A stretch of 64,000 nucleotides of DNA from contig CM022673.1 of NCBI GenBank assembly GCA_012295275.1, forward strand, positions 26,846,001 through 26,910,000, written 5' to 3'. The first letter of the stretch is position 1. Every line of letters starts with the position of its first letter. Below are positions 12,951 through 28,042 of this stretch, piece after piece. This stretch comes from Chrysomallon squamiferum. Taxonomy: Eukaryota > Animalia > Mollusca. The notes under the pieces are model-generated. The model had not been told where the DNA came from, searched no databases, and saw nothing but the letters and a program-made list of their open reading frames with translations. The translations under genes were made by a program, and so were the position numbers.

Positions 12951-14011
12951 ACCACCAGATCGATCAATTATCTCAGACTGTGGGTCGGAATCTTGTAACA
13001 TTTCCTAATGCATTGACTCCGAGACAAGCTAGTTTTTGTTAAAAATACAGATGATAGTTTATCTAAAATATCTAAAACCAAAAATACCAACAAATTCATT
13101 TTTAGTCACCCTGGATATTGATTCCATGTTCACTAACATAAACATCGAATGCGGTTTAGAATCTGCTGAGAGAGCGTTCCAGAATTACCCCGATTCAGAA
13201 AGACCAACCGAAAGTATCATAGAATTACGTGAATTACATTTAAAGGGCAACGACTTTAAGTTTAACGGGGAAATGTAATTAGCAAGTTTGTGGTTTCGCC
13301 ATTTTTTGCCTCTATTTATAATACAAAATTGGAAGAAGCAACCAAGAAGCCATTTTATGAAATCGAGAGATTATTCAAAACGAGTTCTGTGGAAAATAAA
13401 TCTAAAACGTCAGAGAATCAGAAAAGCCCTTGGATCCATCAGACACGTTTTAAGCCATCTAAAATCCAAAGTAATATTCCACCTCACTTGGGTACCGAAT
13501 CTACAGCGATCTGTAAGATGCAGGCTCCACGACGTATAAAATCTCAGTCTACGTTGAATAGCGAACAAACAAAAAGTGAATATCAGATCCGAACTAATCT
13601 AGACTGAGATTCCAAAAATGCTGTGTACCTGATAACATGTAGAAAACATTATGTCGGCCAATCCCAAAATATGTTACGAGTCAGAACTGCTTGTCACGAA
13701 TACGGCTTGAAGTTGACATTCCTGTCGCCAAACACTTTAACCTACCTGGTCATATATTGGATTATAATTTTGAAATAATCCCAATAGAACAAACACCCAT
13801 TCTCGAGTCCAAAACTGAAACAGACCTTTTCAGACTTGAACGAGAAGCGTTTTGGATTCGCAACTTACAAACCCTAAAACCATTTGGAATAAATGTTGAC
13901 TCGGGCAAATGTAAAGAGAGACATAAAATAATTTTCCAAATAATTTATAATAGCCGCAACGTTGACAGTAAAATTATGAAGGAGCAGTATTTTAATTTAC
14001 TTTCTAAATAG
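12951..14011 (+). mobile_element. Decayed Penelope-like retroelement (RT remnant and GIY-YIG endonuclease)
   Basis: ORFs 13036-13278 (LVTLDIDSMFTNI; NDFKFNG) and 13691-14011 (PVAKHFN..LEREAFWIRNLQTLKPFGIN), with VYLITCRKHYVGQ between them. Confidence 0.8.
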
Positions 14012-14383
14012 TTTTAAATAGATTTAGAGATGTTCTGTCTTTCTGTAGAAAATGTAATGTTAAATATGACTGAACGCTTCTGCATATAGTTTTAAAAAGT
14101 TTAATACATAATAATAATATAATAAAGAATAATATATAATCAAACGCAAGTATTTTTTATGGTATCATAAATAATAAATTATAAACTTAGGGTGTAATTA
14201 AATATGATGTTTATTATTAAACGGAAATGTTTATAATTGATCACTGGCTGATAAAACTGCTACTTATTTTTATTTTTTAGTTGCTCAGTAATAACTGTTA
14301 ATATTAACATATGTTCGGGTTTTGTTAAACATTAATTAATGTTATTTCTAATACATAAATGAAAATTATTAATTCTTATATTA

Positions 14384-14433
14384 TTAATTCGAGATAAAGC
14401 TGAAACAAAATTCACATGGCCATTGTTATTCAT
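14384..14433 (-). pseudogene. POLR1F: Truncated RPA43 exon-1 copy (3' part and donor deleted), unit 2
   Basis: Retains ATG and MNNNGHVNFVSALSRIN, then joins directly to intron sequence. Confidence 0.75.
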
Positions 14434-14594
14434 GGCTCTTGGATACAACGAGAATTATCGAGACCACAACGCCAAGCATTTCCTGATTTAGTTTGCGCGC
14501 TTAACGACAATGTATGGGAACATAACTCTTGAACCTTTATCGACGTGTTTCATGTTCTTTTTATTAACAAAATTCAAAACCTTTTAGAATTTTA

Positions 14595-14652
<58 letters not shown>

Positions 14653-14837
14653 GTAGTAGTAGTAGTAGTCATAATATGATTTACGTACTTTCCGTTAAAA
14701 ATGAAAGCCACAAATACGACTGCGTTTACAAAATGAAACTGCCTCCAATGTAATATAATTATACTGTGCTTCTTAAATAATTTCTAATTTTCCAAAATTA
14801 TTATCTGTATTAAGTATATAATTGATATTTAGTAGTC

Positions 14838-14886
<49 letters not shown>

Positions 14887-15513
14887 TAATAATGACACAT
14901 ATAAAGAGCTAGTAACAACGATGACAGTACCACCAGCAGAAACGTATCTACTATAATAATGATGATGATAATATAAATAAAACAATAAAAAAAAAAACCT
15001 TGAAAAATACCGATAAAATATTTGATTCAAATTTGCCTATTATTTTTACTCATATTTTCTTATTATTATCATCAGCAAATAATTTCAAACTGTCTTTGAA
15101 ACATTCGAAAATTATTTTCTTCCGAAGCAGTGATGGAAATATATATATTTTTGAGTTCTATATAAATGACGAAAGCAATGCTTTATTATCAAGTTAGAAG
15201 GTCAGTGTTCGTGAGTGCGTGCCTGCATGTGTGTGTATGTGTGTGTGAGTGTGAGATCAAACAAATACCGGGAAACATTTTATTTCATCTACTGTGATGT
15301 TAGTTCTATCAATTATTAGCTGACGCTTCAAAATACTAAAATAGATTATTATATTACATTTTTCTTTCTGTTTTCTTTCACATCAAATTTATGGGAAGTT
15401 TCAATGAGAAAGAGAATAGATTTTAAACTACATAAGAACAAATAAAGATACTGAATATAAAATTTATTTTTATTTCAAAGTACAAAATTAAAAAAAGTTA
15501 TAATAAAACAGAC

Positions 15514-15553
<40 letters not shown>

Positions 15554-16488
15554 CAATAAAATATTGCAGTATTTCATTTACACTAAATTAATTATTCATA
15601 AATTATATAATTTTTGTTGCAGTTTCTTTCTTTTCATTTCACTTATGATCAATCTGAAAGTGAAAGAAATATAATTTAATGAATATATATATATATTAAA
15701 TATCACTTATATACTTCACAGGTAAAGTAGTACAGATAATAATTTTGGAACGATCCGATAACCGAAAATACAAAATATCCATATTTTTCATATTTAGTTG
15801 TTTAATAAATCTCTTTTCATTTTATTATTATTTGTGGTAAAGTGGTAGCAGTAGTAGTAGATGTTGATGTTGCTGTTGTTGTAGCAGTTGTAGTAGTAAT
15901 AATATTAGTTGTATTACTAACAGTAGTTGTAGTAATAGTATTAGTGGTGGTGGTTATGGTGGTCTAAGTAGAAGTAGTAGTAGTTGTAGTAGTAGTATGA
16001 CGTTATTGCTGTAACAGTTATGTTTTTGTAGTGGGGGTTTTGGTATATGTTGTATTTCCAACCAGTAAATCAAAGAGCATCGTGCAAAATCATTCCACGC
16101 GACGTAAAACAAATTATATGTAAATTTAGATCGACTGATGCAGATTGGTGGTTTTTCTCTGATCTGCTGTTCACTTGATAGATGGGCTGACTGTCACATA
16201 TAACAATACGCCTGTCTCTGTTTCAGTTAAACCTGGTTTCTCGTTTCTCCAGGTCTGTAACAAATATCTGTGTTTAACATGTCAAACTGCCAGCATGCTG
16301 AATGAACGGGAGAAGTTAAACAATGCATATGTATGACAGTGATATTTCCGAAAAATGTTAAAACTAACAAAACAAAAATCTTAATGAAAACAATGATTAT
16401 TTATTTATTCATCAAAATCCTCATTCAGCATCTGCAGAAATTATTATATCATTGTTTTCAAGTTAATATAGCACATGACGATTAGTAT

Positions 16489-16545
<57 letters not shown>

Positions 16546-18577
16546 CATTCTTTTCTTCTGTTGCTTTTGTTGTAAACTTTATGTTTATTAAACGTTGGTC
16601 GTATAAACACAATGTATTTACGTCATTTATAAATAATAACGTTCAAGTAAACTGTTTATCTTTAGTTTAACAAGTTAGTAGGTTAGTGCAACAGCATTCT
16701 GTAGAAGTGATGATTTCTTGTACCTCTTACTGTTATTGACGAAAATGTATTCGAAACCAGGACCTATCAGTTTATAGTCCAAAAATTTATTTTTTTACGA
16801 TAACACAGATATCAAACATGCCTTTCATTTATTTTTATTTTATTTTTTTATTTTATTATAATTATTATTTTTTTTATTTAGATTGTTTTATTTTATTATT
16901 TATTTATTTATTTAATTTTTCAATTTCTCTTTCTTTTTTTTTTTTTTCTTACACGTATCAACATTATCAAATATGACAATATAAATACCACATAATAGAT
17001 TTAATTCAGAAAAAAAAATTAAATATAAAGCCTTAATTAGTTTCTCTCAGTATATTATCGTTCAGTTTGGTCCAAGAGAAACAATTTGTAGAAAAGAAGA
17101 TAAGGTTCATCTTGGGATAGCAGTCTGAGATAAAGCTTAGCATCGACATTATATTATATTTTATATTTATCTAAATAAATATATATATAGATTTGTTTTA
17201 TGATTTTACTTCGTAATATTTTTTTCTAGTGTATCGATAAGAATGAATAATGAACTTTTGTGTGAACATTTCGACTACCAGTGTATAGGTCATTATTTTC
17301 CAATATTAATTGCTTTTTTTTTTAAGTAAAGGTTTTGAATTATACTTTTATATAGTTTTGTATTAAGATTCAACATATTGTCATGACAAAACGCCATATG
17401 CTGTTATCAGTCGTGTTATACTGTATCATATCAATCAACAACAAAAATCTTAGTGTGAAATATCGTCATTTGCACTGGTATCGCACCACTTCACAGAGTC
17501 ATATTACGCCATGTTTTAATGTCAAATACGCAGGTGCTTTTATCAAACGTGTTATACTATATCATATCAATCAACGGCAAATTATCGGTGTGAAATATCG
17601 TCATTTCTACTGGTATCGCACCACTTCACAGAGTCATATTACGCCACGTTTTAATGTCAAATACACGTGTGTGTTTGTATTACTGTGTTTTTATATATAC
17701 AGAGTGCTACAGACTGATAGAGATAACGAAACAGTTCAGTAATTTAGAATCAGAGTAAATTAAGCATAAGAGATAGACTGGTAGACAGGCAGACAGACAA
17801 ATTGAAAGAGAGTAGAGGGATGAATGAATGGATGGATAGACAGATGGATGGATGAATGCATGCATGCATGGATATAGAAAGACAGACATATAGACAAACA
17901 GACAGACACAGTCAGACAGACAGACAGATAGATAGACAGCGGTATCAAAACCAGAATAAAACAAATACATTTACCTGAAACGTCATATAGGTAAATTATA
18001 CCAAACAGTACCATATATATTTTATTTCAGTCCATATGATATATATTTTATTTCTCAAAGCAGATGTGATAATAGTGCACTGAAACTGCATAAAATGCAA
18101 CGTGTTAAAGTAGCTTTAAGTGATGACCAGTAAACTGCAAACTGTTAGATGTTATGAACGTTCACTATATAACTAGTTCCAATCACTGGCTAAAATTCCA
18201 TAAGGAGACTGTCTGTACAACACGTTTTGCTATTCCAGTTAAAAGATTTGCTGTTGCAAACTGTATACTTTGAAAGTAGCTTTATCCAGTGACCATACAG
18301 AGATTGTTATTATAAATTGTACAGTCTGAAATTAGCTTTATCCTGTGACCACTCAGAGATTGCTATAATAAATTGTAAGGTTTGAAAATAGCTTTATCTC
18401 TTAACCAGCATTGCTGTCAAACAGTTTGCTAATATAAACTGTACAGTGGAGAAAAAACAACAACAACACAAAAGAGCCATGGTTGTGGAAGAGCAATTTG
18501 ATCGATAAACGCACGTGCTAGAAACTTTTTCTGAATGTCATCTGTCCACCTAAAATTCGTTTCAAATTGGTGAAAAG

Positions 18578-18608
<31 letters not shown>

Positions 18609-20228
18609 ATAACCTTGTTTACTCAGAAGTAAACATCAGAGACATATTTTTTTGGACTGACAATTAATCTTTGTGTCGATCTAAACATTTCGTCTAGACG
18701 TTACTACGTCAGCGACATTGTTTGCAATGTTCTGTCAGCAGCATACACAGATACACACGAACATACATATATACATACACACATACATTACATACATACA
18801 TACATATATACATAAATATATACATACATACATACATTACATACATACATACATACAAATATTCATACACACATACATTACATACATATATACATACACA
18901 CATACATTACATACATATATACATACACACATACATTACATACATATATACATACACACATACATTACATACATACATACATACATATATACATACACAC
19001 ATACATTACATACATACATACATACATATAAATAGATGCACACAAGAATGCCGAAAGACAAAAGAATATTCGAAATCCTGAACTGCAGATATAGACTGCC
19101 TCTTTAAATATTTCATTTTGACAGGGAAAATACGTGCACATACACAGAAGTCCCCCAACAAAACAATAAATAAATAAATAAATACATAAATAAAATATTA
19201 ATAAATCAATAATAAAAATAACAACAAAACTCAACACAAAAAACCCAAAAAAGTATAAGGAAGTATATATATATATATAAAATTCAACAGGCACATTCAT
19301 TATTTAGAAATTAATTATTTTTCTCTTTTTCTTTTTTATTTATTTACTGATTTTAAAAAAGAAATAAAAAATATATTGCCTCTTTAAATATTTCATTTTG
19401 AGAGAGGGAACATACATGCGCATACACAAAAAACCCCAACAAAACAACAATAAATAAATAAAATGTTAATAAATAAATAATAAAAATAAAACAACAACAA
19501 AACCCAACAACAACATTATTATTTTTTTTTAAATCAGTAAATAAAGAAAAAAGAATAAAAGAGAAAAAAAACGTAATTTTCAAATAATGAATGTGCCTGT
19601 TGAATTTTCTGTCAAATGTAGCGTTATTATTATGTACGTCTGTCTTTAGATTACCTGTAACCTTCTGTCAACAATTAGTTACCTGTAACCTGTCAACAAT
19701 TAGTTACCTGTAAAATAACTGTTCTCTAGTAGACTTTTTTCTCATAATGCGAGTCATTATAGTTCATTACTAAACAACATCTAATTCTGTTTTGTTTGTT
19801 TGTCTGTTGTTGATTATATTTATTTATTTATTTATTTTATTATTATTTTTAAAGTATTTATTTAACTTTTTTAAAATGAAAATCATATTCTTCTTCATCA
19901 TCGTGATCTTTTTTTTTTTTTTTTTTTTTTTTTTTTCTTCTTTTTCTGGTATCATCTTCATCATCGTCATCATCATCATTATCATTATCACTGTTGTTGT
20001 CGTAATTTCGTTTTCTAATCGGATATTAATTTTTGTCTCTCTTAAATGTGAAAATTTAATTACAAATATTTATATTTTATTCAATTTATTTCAGTTTGTT
20101 TTCAGTGCAATTCGTATAATTCATCCTTCTTTTTATATTGTTTACGGTAAAACAATTATATATATAAATATATGTCAGTTTACTTCATTACAACATTCGA
20201 TAGTGGAAAACCATCACGGTAAGTCATA

Positions 20229-20280
<52 letters not shown>

Positions 20281-20431
20281 CACACACACATACATACATA
20301 AACATATACATATATATATTTTTACTAAATTACTTATAAATTACTAACTTTAAAATAAAAGATTTTTTTTTTTTTTTAATAAACTGACTTACTAATTCTT
20401 TTTTCTTTTTTATCGTCGAAGAATTTGTTCT

Positions 20432-20472
<41 letters not shown>

Positions 20473-20633
20473 TTTTTTTTTTTTGTTAAGACGCTTTTAT
20501 TTGTTTTACCTGATACTTTATTTCAACAAAACTATTATTTTACCAGTTTATAAAAATACTTTACTTGCTCTTGAACATTATTTTCAAAATGTAAACTCTT
20601 ATGTGTGTTTTTGTGTGTGTGTGTTTGTGTGTA

Positions 20634-21070
20634 CAGTGGTACCTTGACTTACGAGTTTAATTCATTCGTTCGGTGAACGAGCTCGTAACTAAATTTTTCT
20701 CAACTGAAATTAACTGTAATACCGTTAATCGTTTTTAAATAAGAAAAATATGTGTATAAATGACAAATATTGTATAAAAACAAAATAAAAGAGAATGTAA
20801 AGAAATAAGTTGGTTTTGTAAAGTGCATTTATCTTGGAGATCAGACAACGTGGCCTAACTGAAAATGTTTACGTTCCATGGACTGAAAAGAAAAAATAAG
20901 AAAAAGGAACGTGAGGACAACTCAACAAAGACGCTTCTACGGCGGAGGCATAACTGAAGCTCGCTCGTAACTCAGATTATAGCTCGCAACTCAAAGCAGA
21001 TACTCCCGGACGACTGCTCGTAACTCGGAAAGCTCGTAAGTTGGTGCACTCGTAAATCAAGGTAGCAGTG
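20634..21070. mobile_element. Tigger/pogo-type MITE, unit 2
   Basis: Same position and TIRs as 8564-9011; right TIR degenerate. Confidence 0.75.
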
Positions 21071-21187
21071 TTTATATATTATGTACGTATGTACGTATGT
21101 ATAAGTATATATATATGCATATACACACGCGCATACACACATACACACAAACGCTCACATATTCCTGTTTGTTCAGAGCACAGAATC

Positions 21188-22691
21188 ATGTTTGTTATTC
21201 TTTGCCTGTGTGTGTTGACTGTGGCTGACGCCTGCGTCGCGGTGAAGCCGAGACGGACGGACATAACTGACAAGGGCCACTCGAACTTGTTTCACGGTTG
21301 GGTGGATGTGCAGGGACAAGGAGTGAAGAATGACTATTGCAGGTTTGTTACAACAGCTGAACGTAGGTGACTTTGTTTTTTACTTTTTACGTAACCAGTG
21401 GCGTAGCTAAGATACGACAAGTATGACGCTTGCACTGTCAAACACCCGTTAATCTGTCCAGCTAAACCCGATGTCCATTCATTGCACAGACAAAAGACAA
21501 GCGCCCAGGTTATCGACCACTTACCAGTAGCACACAAAATGTGTTGTTGTTGCTGTTGCTCCTAAAACACGCCACCGTGCTTTTTTTTAATAATTATATT
21601 CTTGTTCTTCAGTAAAGGTGACTTAAAAATCAGCTGTAAAATCTTTGGTGCAGGTATTTTTGTAAATTAAATTTTAAATAATTTTAAACAGACCGTCGTA
21701 TTATTTTATCATAACGATTGGTTTTTCCCTCTATGTATTTTTATTACATTGAGTCTTTTAAGGAGACAGATTATTGTATATGTGTGTGTTTGTTTTTGTG
21801 TATGTACTATATGTAATTATATAGATAGAAAGAAAGAAAGAAAGAAAAATAGATAGATGGGTAGATACATAGACAGACAGACAGACAGCTATATATATGT
21901 ATGTATATACCGAAACAAGTATATTATAATTCTAGAGTTGTCGGTCCATCCAAAGGCTACAAATATTTTTGGATGTCATGCGCACTGGCCGGAACCCAGG
22001 GTGAGAGTGAGTACAACTACAACCCGTCTAATGGCGGTATGGGCTTGTTTGACGTCGGATATCCAGGCACGTGGTTCATGGCGGATAAAAATGGAGACGG
22101 GCGAGATGACTATTGCAGGTAATCGCTGTAACACTGAGAATATTGTTTTATCAAAAATAAACAGTGAAAACATAAATATGTAAACCTTTCCAAATTATAT
22201 AAGATATCCGGACTGAATTTTTGAAAAATATTTAAGAAAAGAAAGTTTAAAAGGAGAACAAAATAAGAATGTAAAGAAGAAAGGTTGAGAGTTTTCTTTT
22301 TGTAAATCATCAGAAAATGTATATAGCTTATCGAAACTTTGATATATATATATATAAAGCTGATATCTTATAACAGTAATCAATTACCTCACAGACACAA
22401 ACACACACACACACACACACAAATATTTTAAACATCACTTGCAAATAATGTTAGTGTACTGCACTATGGTATAAAAAACTTCTTTAAAAGTATCTGTCAA
22501 AAAAAGAAAAAAGAAAATCATATGTCACGGCTAAATATTAAATCCAGTTTATTACCAGTTGAAATGTAAATTGTTGCAGATGTGTTGGAAATTTCCCGAA
22601 GACGTATATATCGTGCATGAGGGCTGAACGGTTTGGATTTTACAGCTATCAGTATAGCTTTAACATACACAAACCTGGAGGATGCCTCTAA
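21188..22691 (+). CDS. Secreted 149-aa DYCR/DxNGDG repeat protein, copy B, intact
   Basis: Exons 21188-21342, 21936-22118, 22580-22691. MFVILCLCVLTVADA-CVAVKPRRTDITDKGHSNLFHGWVDVQGQGVKNDYCR/VVGPSKGYKYFWMSCALAGTQGESEYNYNPSNGGMGLFDVGYPGTWFMADKNGDGRDDYCR/CVGNFPKTYISCMRAERFGFYSYQYSFNIHKPGGCL*; AATAAA at 22744. Confidence 0.9.
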
Positions 22692-23169
22692 ACAGAAGAC
22701 AAACACGTTAAACACATTTCACAAAATGTTAAGTGTCATACTTAATAAATAAATAAATAAATAATCTGTTATAAAGAAAAAGCTTGTAAGTGTTTTGTGA
22801 TGATACAGTGAAATGAACGGTTAACGATTCTTTCACCCTTTGACGGTTCTGTTTGTTACCACAGTTTCCTTTGTTTTATCAACCAACTAAAGTATGCAAA
22901 GGTGGCATTTGAAAAGTATTTAAAAAAAACACACACAAAAATCCAAACCAGTTACTGACTTAAAGTAAACAGAAAACATACTGACAAGTATGGCTACTGG
23001 GAGGTTTCATCAGCAGAATTCTGAATAAAAGTTTATCATTTATTTTTCTGTGAATGTCTTACATACATACATATATACATTATTTGATAATATACATGCT
23101 TACATACATACATGCATACATAACTAGACGCATGCACACAAACATACATACATGAACAGATATTAACAT

Positions 23170-24348
23170 ACCACCAGATCGATCAATTATCTCAGACTGT
23201 GGGTCGGAATCTTGTAACATTTCCTAATACATTGACTCTGAGACACGCTAGTTTTTGTTAAAAATACAGATGATCTTTTATCAAAAATATCTAAAACCAA
23301 AAATACCAACAAATTCATTTTTAGTCACCCTGGATATCGATTCCATGTTCACTAACATAAACATCGAATGCGGGTTTAGAATCTGCTGAGAGAGCGTTCC
23401 GAAAAATACCCAGATGCAGAAAGACCAACCGAAAGTATCATAGAATTACGTGAATTAAGTTTAAAAGGCAACGACTTTAAATTTAACGGGGAAATGTAAT
23501 TACCAGGTTTGTGGTTTCGCCATGTTTTGCCTCTATTTATAATACAAAATTGGAAGAAGCAACCAAGAAGCCATTTTTTATATCATTTCATCTCCGTCTT
23601 AAAGGTATCGTTAAATCTCATGTCTTTAGGTTTCACAGAAATTCAAGTAACAAAGACAATTTTAATGAGGATTGTTCACTCCTATTTTGCGCCTTGAAAT
23701 CGATAGGTTATTCAAAACGAGTTCCGTGGAAAATAAATCTAAAACGTCAGAGAATTAGAAAAACCCTTGGATTCGTCAGAATCTTTTTAAGCCATATAAA
23801 GTCCAACATAATATTCCAATTCACTTGGGTTCCGAATCTACAGCGATCTGTAAGATGCAGGCTCCACGACGTATAAAATCTCAGTCTACATTCAGTAGCG
23901 AACAAACAAAAAGTGAATATCAAATCCGAACTAACCTGGACTGAGATTCCAAAAATATTGTGTATTTGATAACATGCAACTTATGTAAAAAACAGTACTT
24001 CGACCAAACACAAAATATGTTACACGAGTCAGAACTGTTTGTCACGAATACGATATTAGGCATGAGGTTGACATTCCTGTCGCCAAACACTTTAACCTAC
24101 CTTGTCATATATTAGTGGATCATTTTGAAATAATCCCAACAGAACAAACGCCCATTCTCGAGTCCAAAACTGAAACAGACCTTTTTAGACTTGAACGAGA
24201 AGCGTTTTGGATTCGTACGTTACAAACAATAAAACGACTCGGGCAAATGTAAAGAGAGACATAAAATAATTTTCCCAATAATTTACAATCGCCGCAACGT
24301 TGACAGTAAAATTATTAAGGAACAATATTTTAATTTACTTTCTAAATA
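23170..24348 (+). mobile_element. Decayed Penelope-like retroelement, unit 2
   Basis: Paralogous to 12951-14011; VYLITCNLCKKQY GIY-YIG segment. Confidence 0.75.
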
Positions 24349-24743
24349 GTTTTAAATAGATTTAGAGATGTTCTGTCTTTCTGTATAAAATGTAATGTTA
24401 AACATGTCTGAACGCTTCAGCATATAGTTTTAAAAGGTTTAATGAATAATAATAATATAATAAAGAATAAAATGTAATCAAACGCAAGTATTTTATATGG
24501 TATTATAAATAATAAATAATAAACTTGATATTTATTATTAAATGGAAATGTTTATAACTGATCATTGGCTGATAAAAATGATACTTATTTTTATTTTTGA
24601 GTTGCTCAGTAATAACTGTTAATATTAACATATGTTCGGGTTTTGTTAAACATTAATTAATGTTATTTCTAATACATAAATGAAAATGATTAATTCTTAT
24701 CTCAAGCCTCGAGGTCTTAAAAAGATAAATTACGGAAGCTTAC

Positions 24744-24922
24744 AATGTCGAGTAAAGGAGTATTTCACAATCTAGCTGTTCGCAAACACCTTCTCTAACT
24801 TTACCAATAAAACGTGGTGGGAGTGCGACATGTCTTTTACAGTGAACCAGTTCAAAACAAGAATGAGGATCGTTAATTCGAGATAAAGCTGAAACAAAAT
24901 TCACATGGCCATTTTTATTCAT
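24744..24922 (-). CDS. POLR1F: RPA43 first coding exon, unit 3 copy
   Basis: Same 59-aa translation as 1917-2095 with 3 synonymous differences; ATG and GTAAGC donor intact. Confidence 0.78.
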
Positions 24923-25194
24923 GACTCTCGCATACAACGAGAATTATCGAGACCACAACGCCAAGCATTTCCTGGTTTAGTTTGAGCGCTTAACGACAGT
25001 GTATGGGAACATAACTCTTGAACCTTTAACGAGTTGTTTCATGTTCTTTTTATTAACAAAATTCAAAACCTTTTAGAATTTTAAATGAGAAAGAAAATGG
25101 GTTTAAAACTACATAAGAACAAATTAAGATACTGAATATAAAATTTATTTTTATTTCAAAGTACAAAATTAAAAAAAGTTATAATAAAACAGAC

Positions 25195-25236
<42 letters not shown>

Positions 25237-25653
25237 TTAAGAAATAAACAATAAAATATTGCAGTATTTCATTTACAATAAATTAATTTTTCATAAATTA
25301 TATAAATTTGTGTTGCAGTTTCTTTCTTTTCTGGTCACTTGTGATCAATCTGAAAGTGAAAGAAATATAATTTAAGGGAATATGTGTGTATATATATATA
25401 TATATATATCTATAATTTTTTAAGAATGTCACTTATATATTTATGTAGTACAGATAATAATTTTTCATATTTAGTAAATTTATCTTTCTTGTTTATTGTT
25501 TTATGAAAAAAAAAAAAAAAAAGAAGATATTTTGATATGAATTACTATATTGAAAGATCGTGTACAAATAAATAAATAAATAAATAAATAAAAGAAAGAC
25601 ACAATTAAAACACGTACTTGCCATCTGTTCTTTATACCCGTAGTTCGTACCAA

Positions 25654-25962
25654 TTATTTTTTGTCATGACCGGAACCTGACCCCGAACCCGAACCTGAAC
25701 TGGAACCAGAACCGGAGCCTGATCCATGTCCACAACTGCAGCACGCCTGGGCCGAAGCGAAAACAAGAACTGAAACTGAAACAAATATAAATATTTAATT
25801 TTTAATTATTTTTTAACCATTTGATCCAATTTTGTTGATATTTCAGGTTTTAGTATTGTAATATATATATATATATATATATATATCCAATAATGATAAT
25901 TATATCCAACTGCAGTATTATGACTTACAGACCAACGAGATGAATATTTTCCTGAAATCCAT
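25654..25962 (-). CDS. Small secreted Cys-Cys/Gly-Ser-rich peptide (51-aa precursor), unit 3
   Basis: Exon 25962-25929 (34 nt, donor GTAAGT) plus exon 25775-25654: MDFRKIFISLVFSVLVFASAQA-CCSCGHGSGSGSGSSSGSGSGSGSGHDKK*; GS run uses varied codons; UTR donor GTACGT after 25618, UTR exon from 25349. Confidence 0.8.
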
Positions 25963-26044
25963 TTTGTTAAAACGAAACACTGTTCAAACTAGACTAGCTG
26001 TTTGCTTACAAAAATGTTGTGATTATGAACAGTTATTTTCATAT

Positions 26045-26070
26045 ATTTATATTAGTAATATGAGGAAACC
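26045..26070 (-). promoter_or_regulatory. TATA box (TATAAAT) with upstream GGTTTCCT motif of the GS-peptide gene (equivalent 41260-41285)
   Basis: About 85 bp upstream of the ATG; same layout as in the other CC-peptide genes. Confidence 0.6.
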
Positions 26071-26422
26071 AAAGCGTATATCCATTGCTATATTTCTCTT
26101 AGTTTCCTTTTCAGTTCACATGTTAAAAAATACATTAAAGAACTGACAAAAGGAAGAATAAAGAAAATAAGGAAAAGAAAGAAAAATGAAAATTAACATT
26201 TTCTAGTTACAGCGTTTACTTCCCTTTATGGTGTGTGTTTTATAGTACTTCATCTTTTATTTGACTTTAATTTTTCATCTTCTTCTCCATAAAATAACAC
26301 AATGGAAATAACAAAATATCAAACGAAACAAACAAATTAATAAAAAATATACAGGTATTATGATTATTTTATTTTAATCAAAATGGATACAATTGATTAA
26401 AGTTTCATTAACTAGTTGCATA

Positions 26423-26715
<293 letters not shown>

Positions 26716-27459
26716 ATGCCTGTTTTTATAACAACAGAAACAATAAATATTATGTAGTTTATCGATTGGTAATGGTTTGAATTACAAATATCAGCAATGA
26801 AAAAAACAAAAACAGTTAAGGTATTTTTATACTTTCTGGTTTCTTTTTGTCTTTATTATTTATATCTTATAAGTATAAGAAAAGGAATATCAATTTTTGG
26901 TTTGTTTTTTAATTCTTTTCATAACTATATTCTATGACTTAGTATTGATATTTAATAATTTTATTTTAATTGTAGATAATACTGACAGTGGAATCAGTGA
27001 AGACGAATAGGATTCAGATTAGTTAAAAGGTACTGACATTTTATTTTAAAATATATCATTTATTTCTGTCACGAGTAAAAGTCTGATATATTTTTGATAA
27101 AAGCGAGTTTTAAATTTCATAAACTTGTAATGTTGTTTAGTAAATATCTTTTCATTTTATTATTATTAGAAGTAGAGTAGTAGTAGTAGTAGTAGATGTT
27201 GATGTTGCTGTTGTTGTAGCAGCAGTAGTAGTAACAATAATAGTCAAATATCGTCATTTCTACTGGTATCGCACCACTTTACAATGTCATATTACGCCAC
27301 GTTTTAATGTCAAATACACAGGTGTGTTTGTATTACTGTGTTTTTATATATACAGACTATTACAGATTGATAGAGATAACAAAACAGTTCAGTAATTTAG
27401 AATCAGAGAGTAAATTACTAATAGTAGTTGTAATAATAGTATTAGTGCTGGTGGTTATG

Positions 27460-27511
<52 letters not shown>

Positions 27512-27916
27512 AAGTAGTAGTAGTAGTAGTAGTGGTATGATGACGACGAGATTTCTGTAACAGTTATGTTTTAGTAGTGTGGGTTTTGGTATCTGTTGTA
27601 TTTCCAACCAGTAAATCAAAGAGCATCGTGCTAAAACATTCCACGCGATGTAAAACAAATTATATGTAAATTTAGATCGATTGATACAGATTGGTGGTTT
27701 TCTTTGATTTGCTGCTCGCTTGATATATACGATACGTCTGTCACTGTTTCAGTTAAACCTGATTTCTCGATTCTGCAAGTTGTAACAAATATCCGTGTTT
27801 AACACGTCAAAAATCAACGAAAAAATGATTATTTATTTTTCATCAAAGTCCGCATTCAGCATCTGCAGAAATTATTATATCATTGTTTTCAAGTTAATGT
27901 AGAACTTGACGATTTG

Positions 27917-28042
<126 letters not shown>

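Larger units (their letters stand above)
1601..14108. repeat. Segmental duplication unit 1 (about 12.5 kb)
   Basis: Co-linear, highly similar to units 2-4; the junction follows gcttctgcatatagttttaaaaggttt, where homology to the terminal copy (ending about 48857) stops. Confidence 0.85.
14109..24446. repeat. Segmental duplication unit 2 (about 10.3 kb)
   Basis: Co-linear with unit 1 and shares its deletion of the GS-peptide gene; lacks the MULE fragment. Confidence 0.85.
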
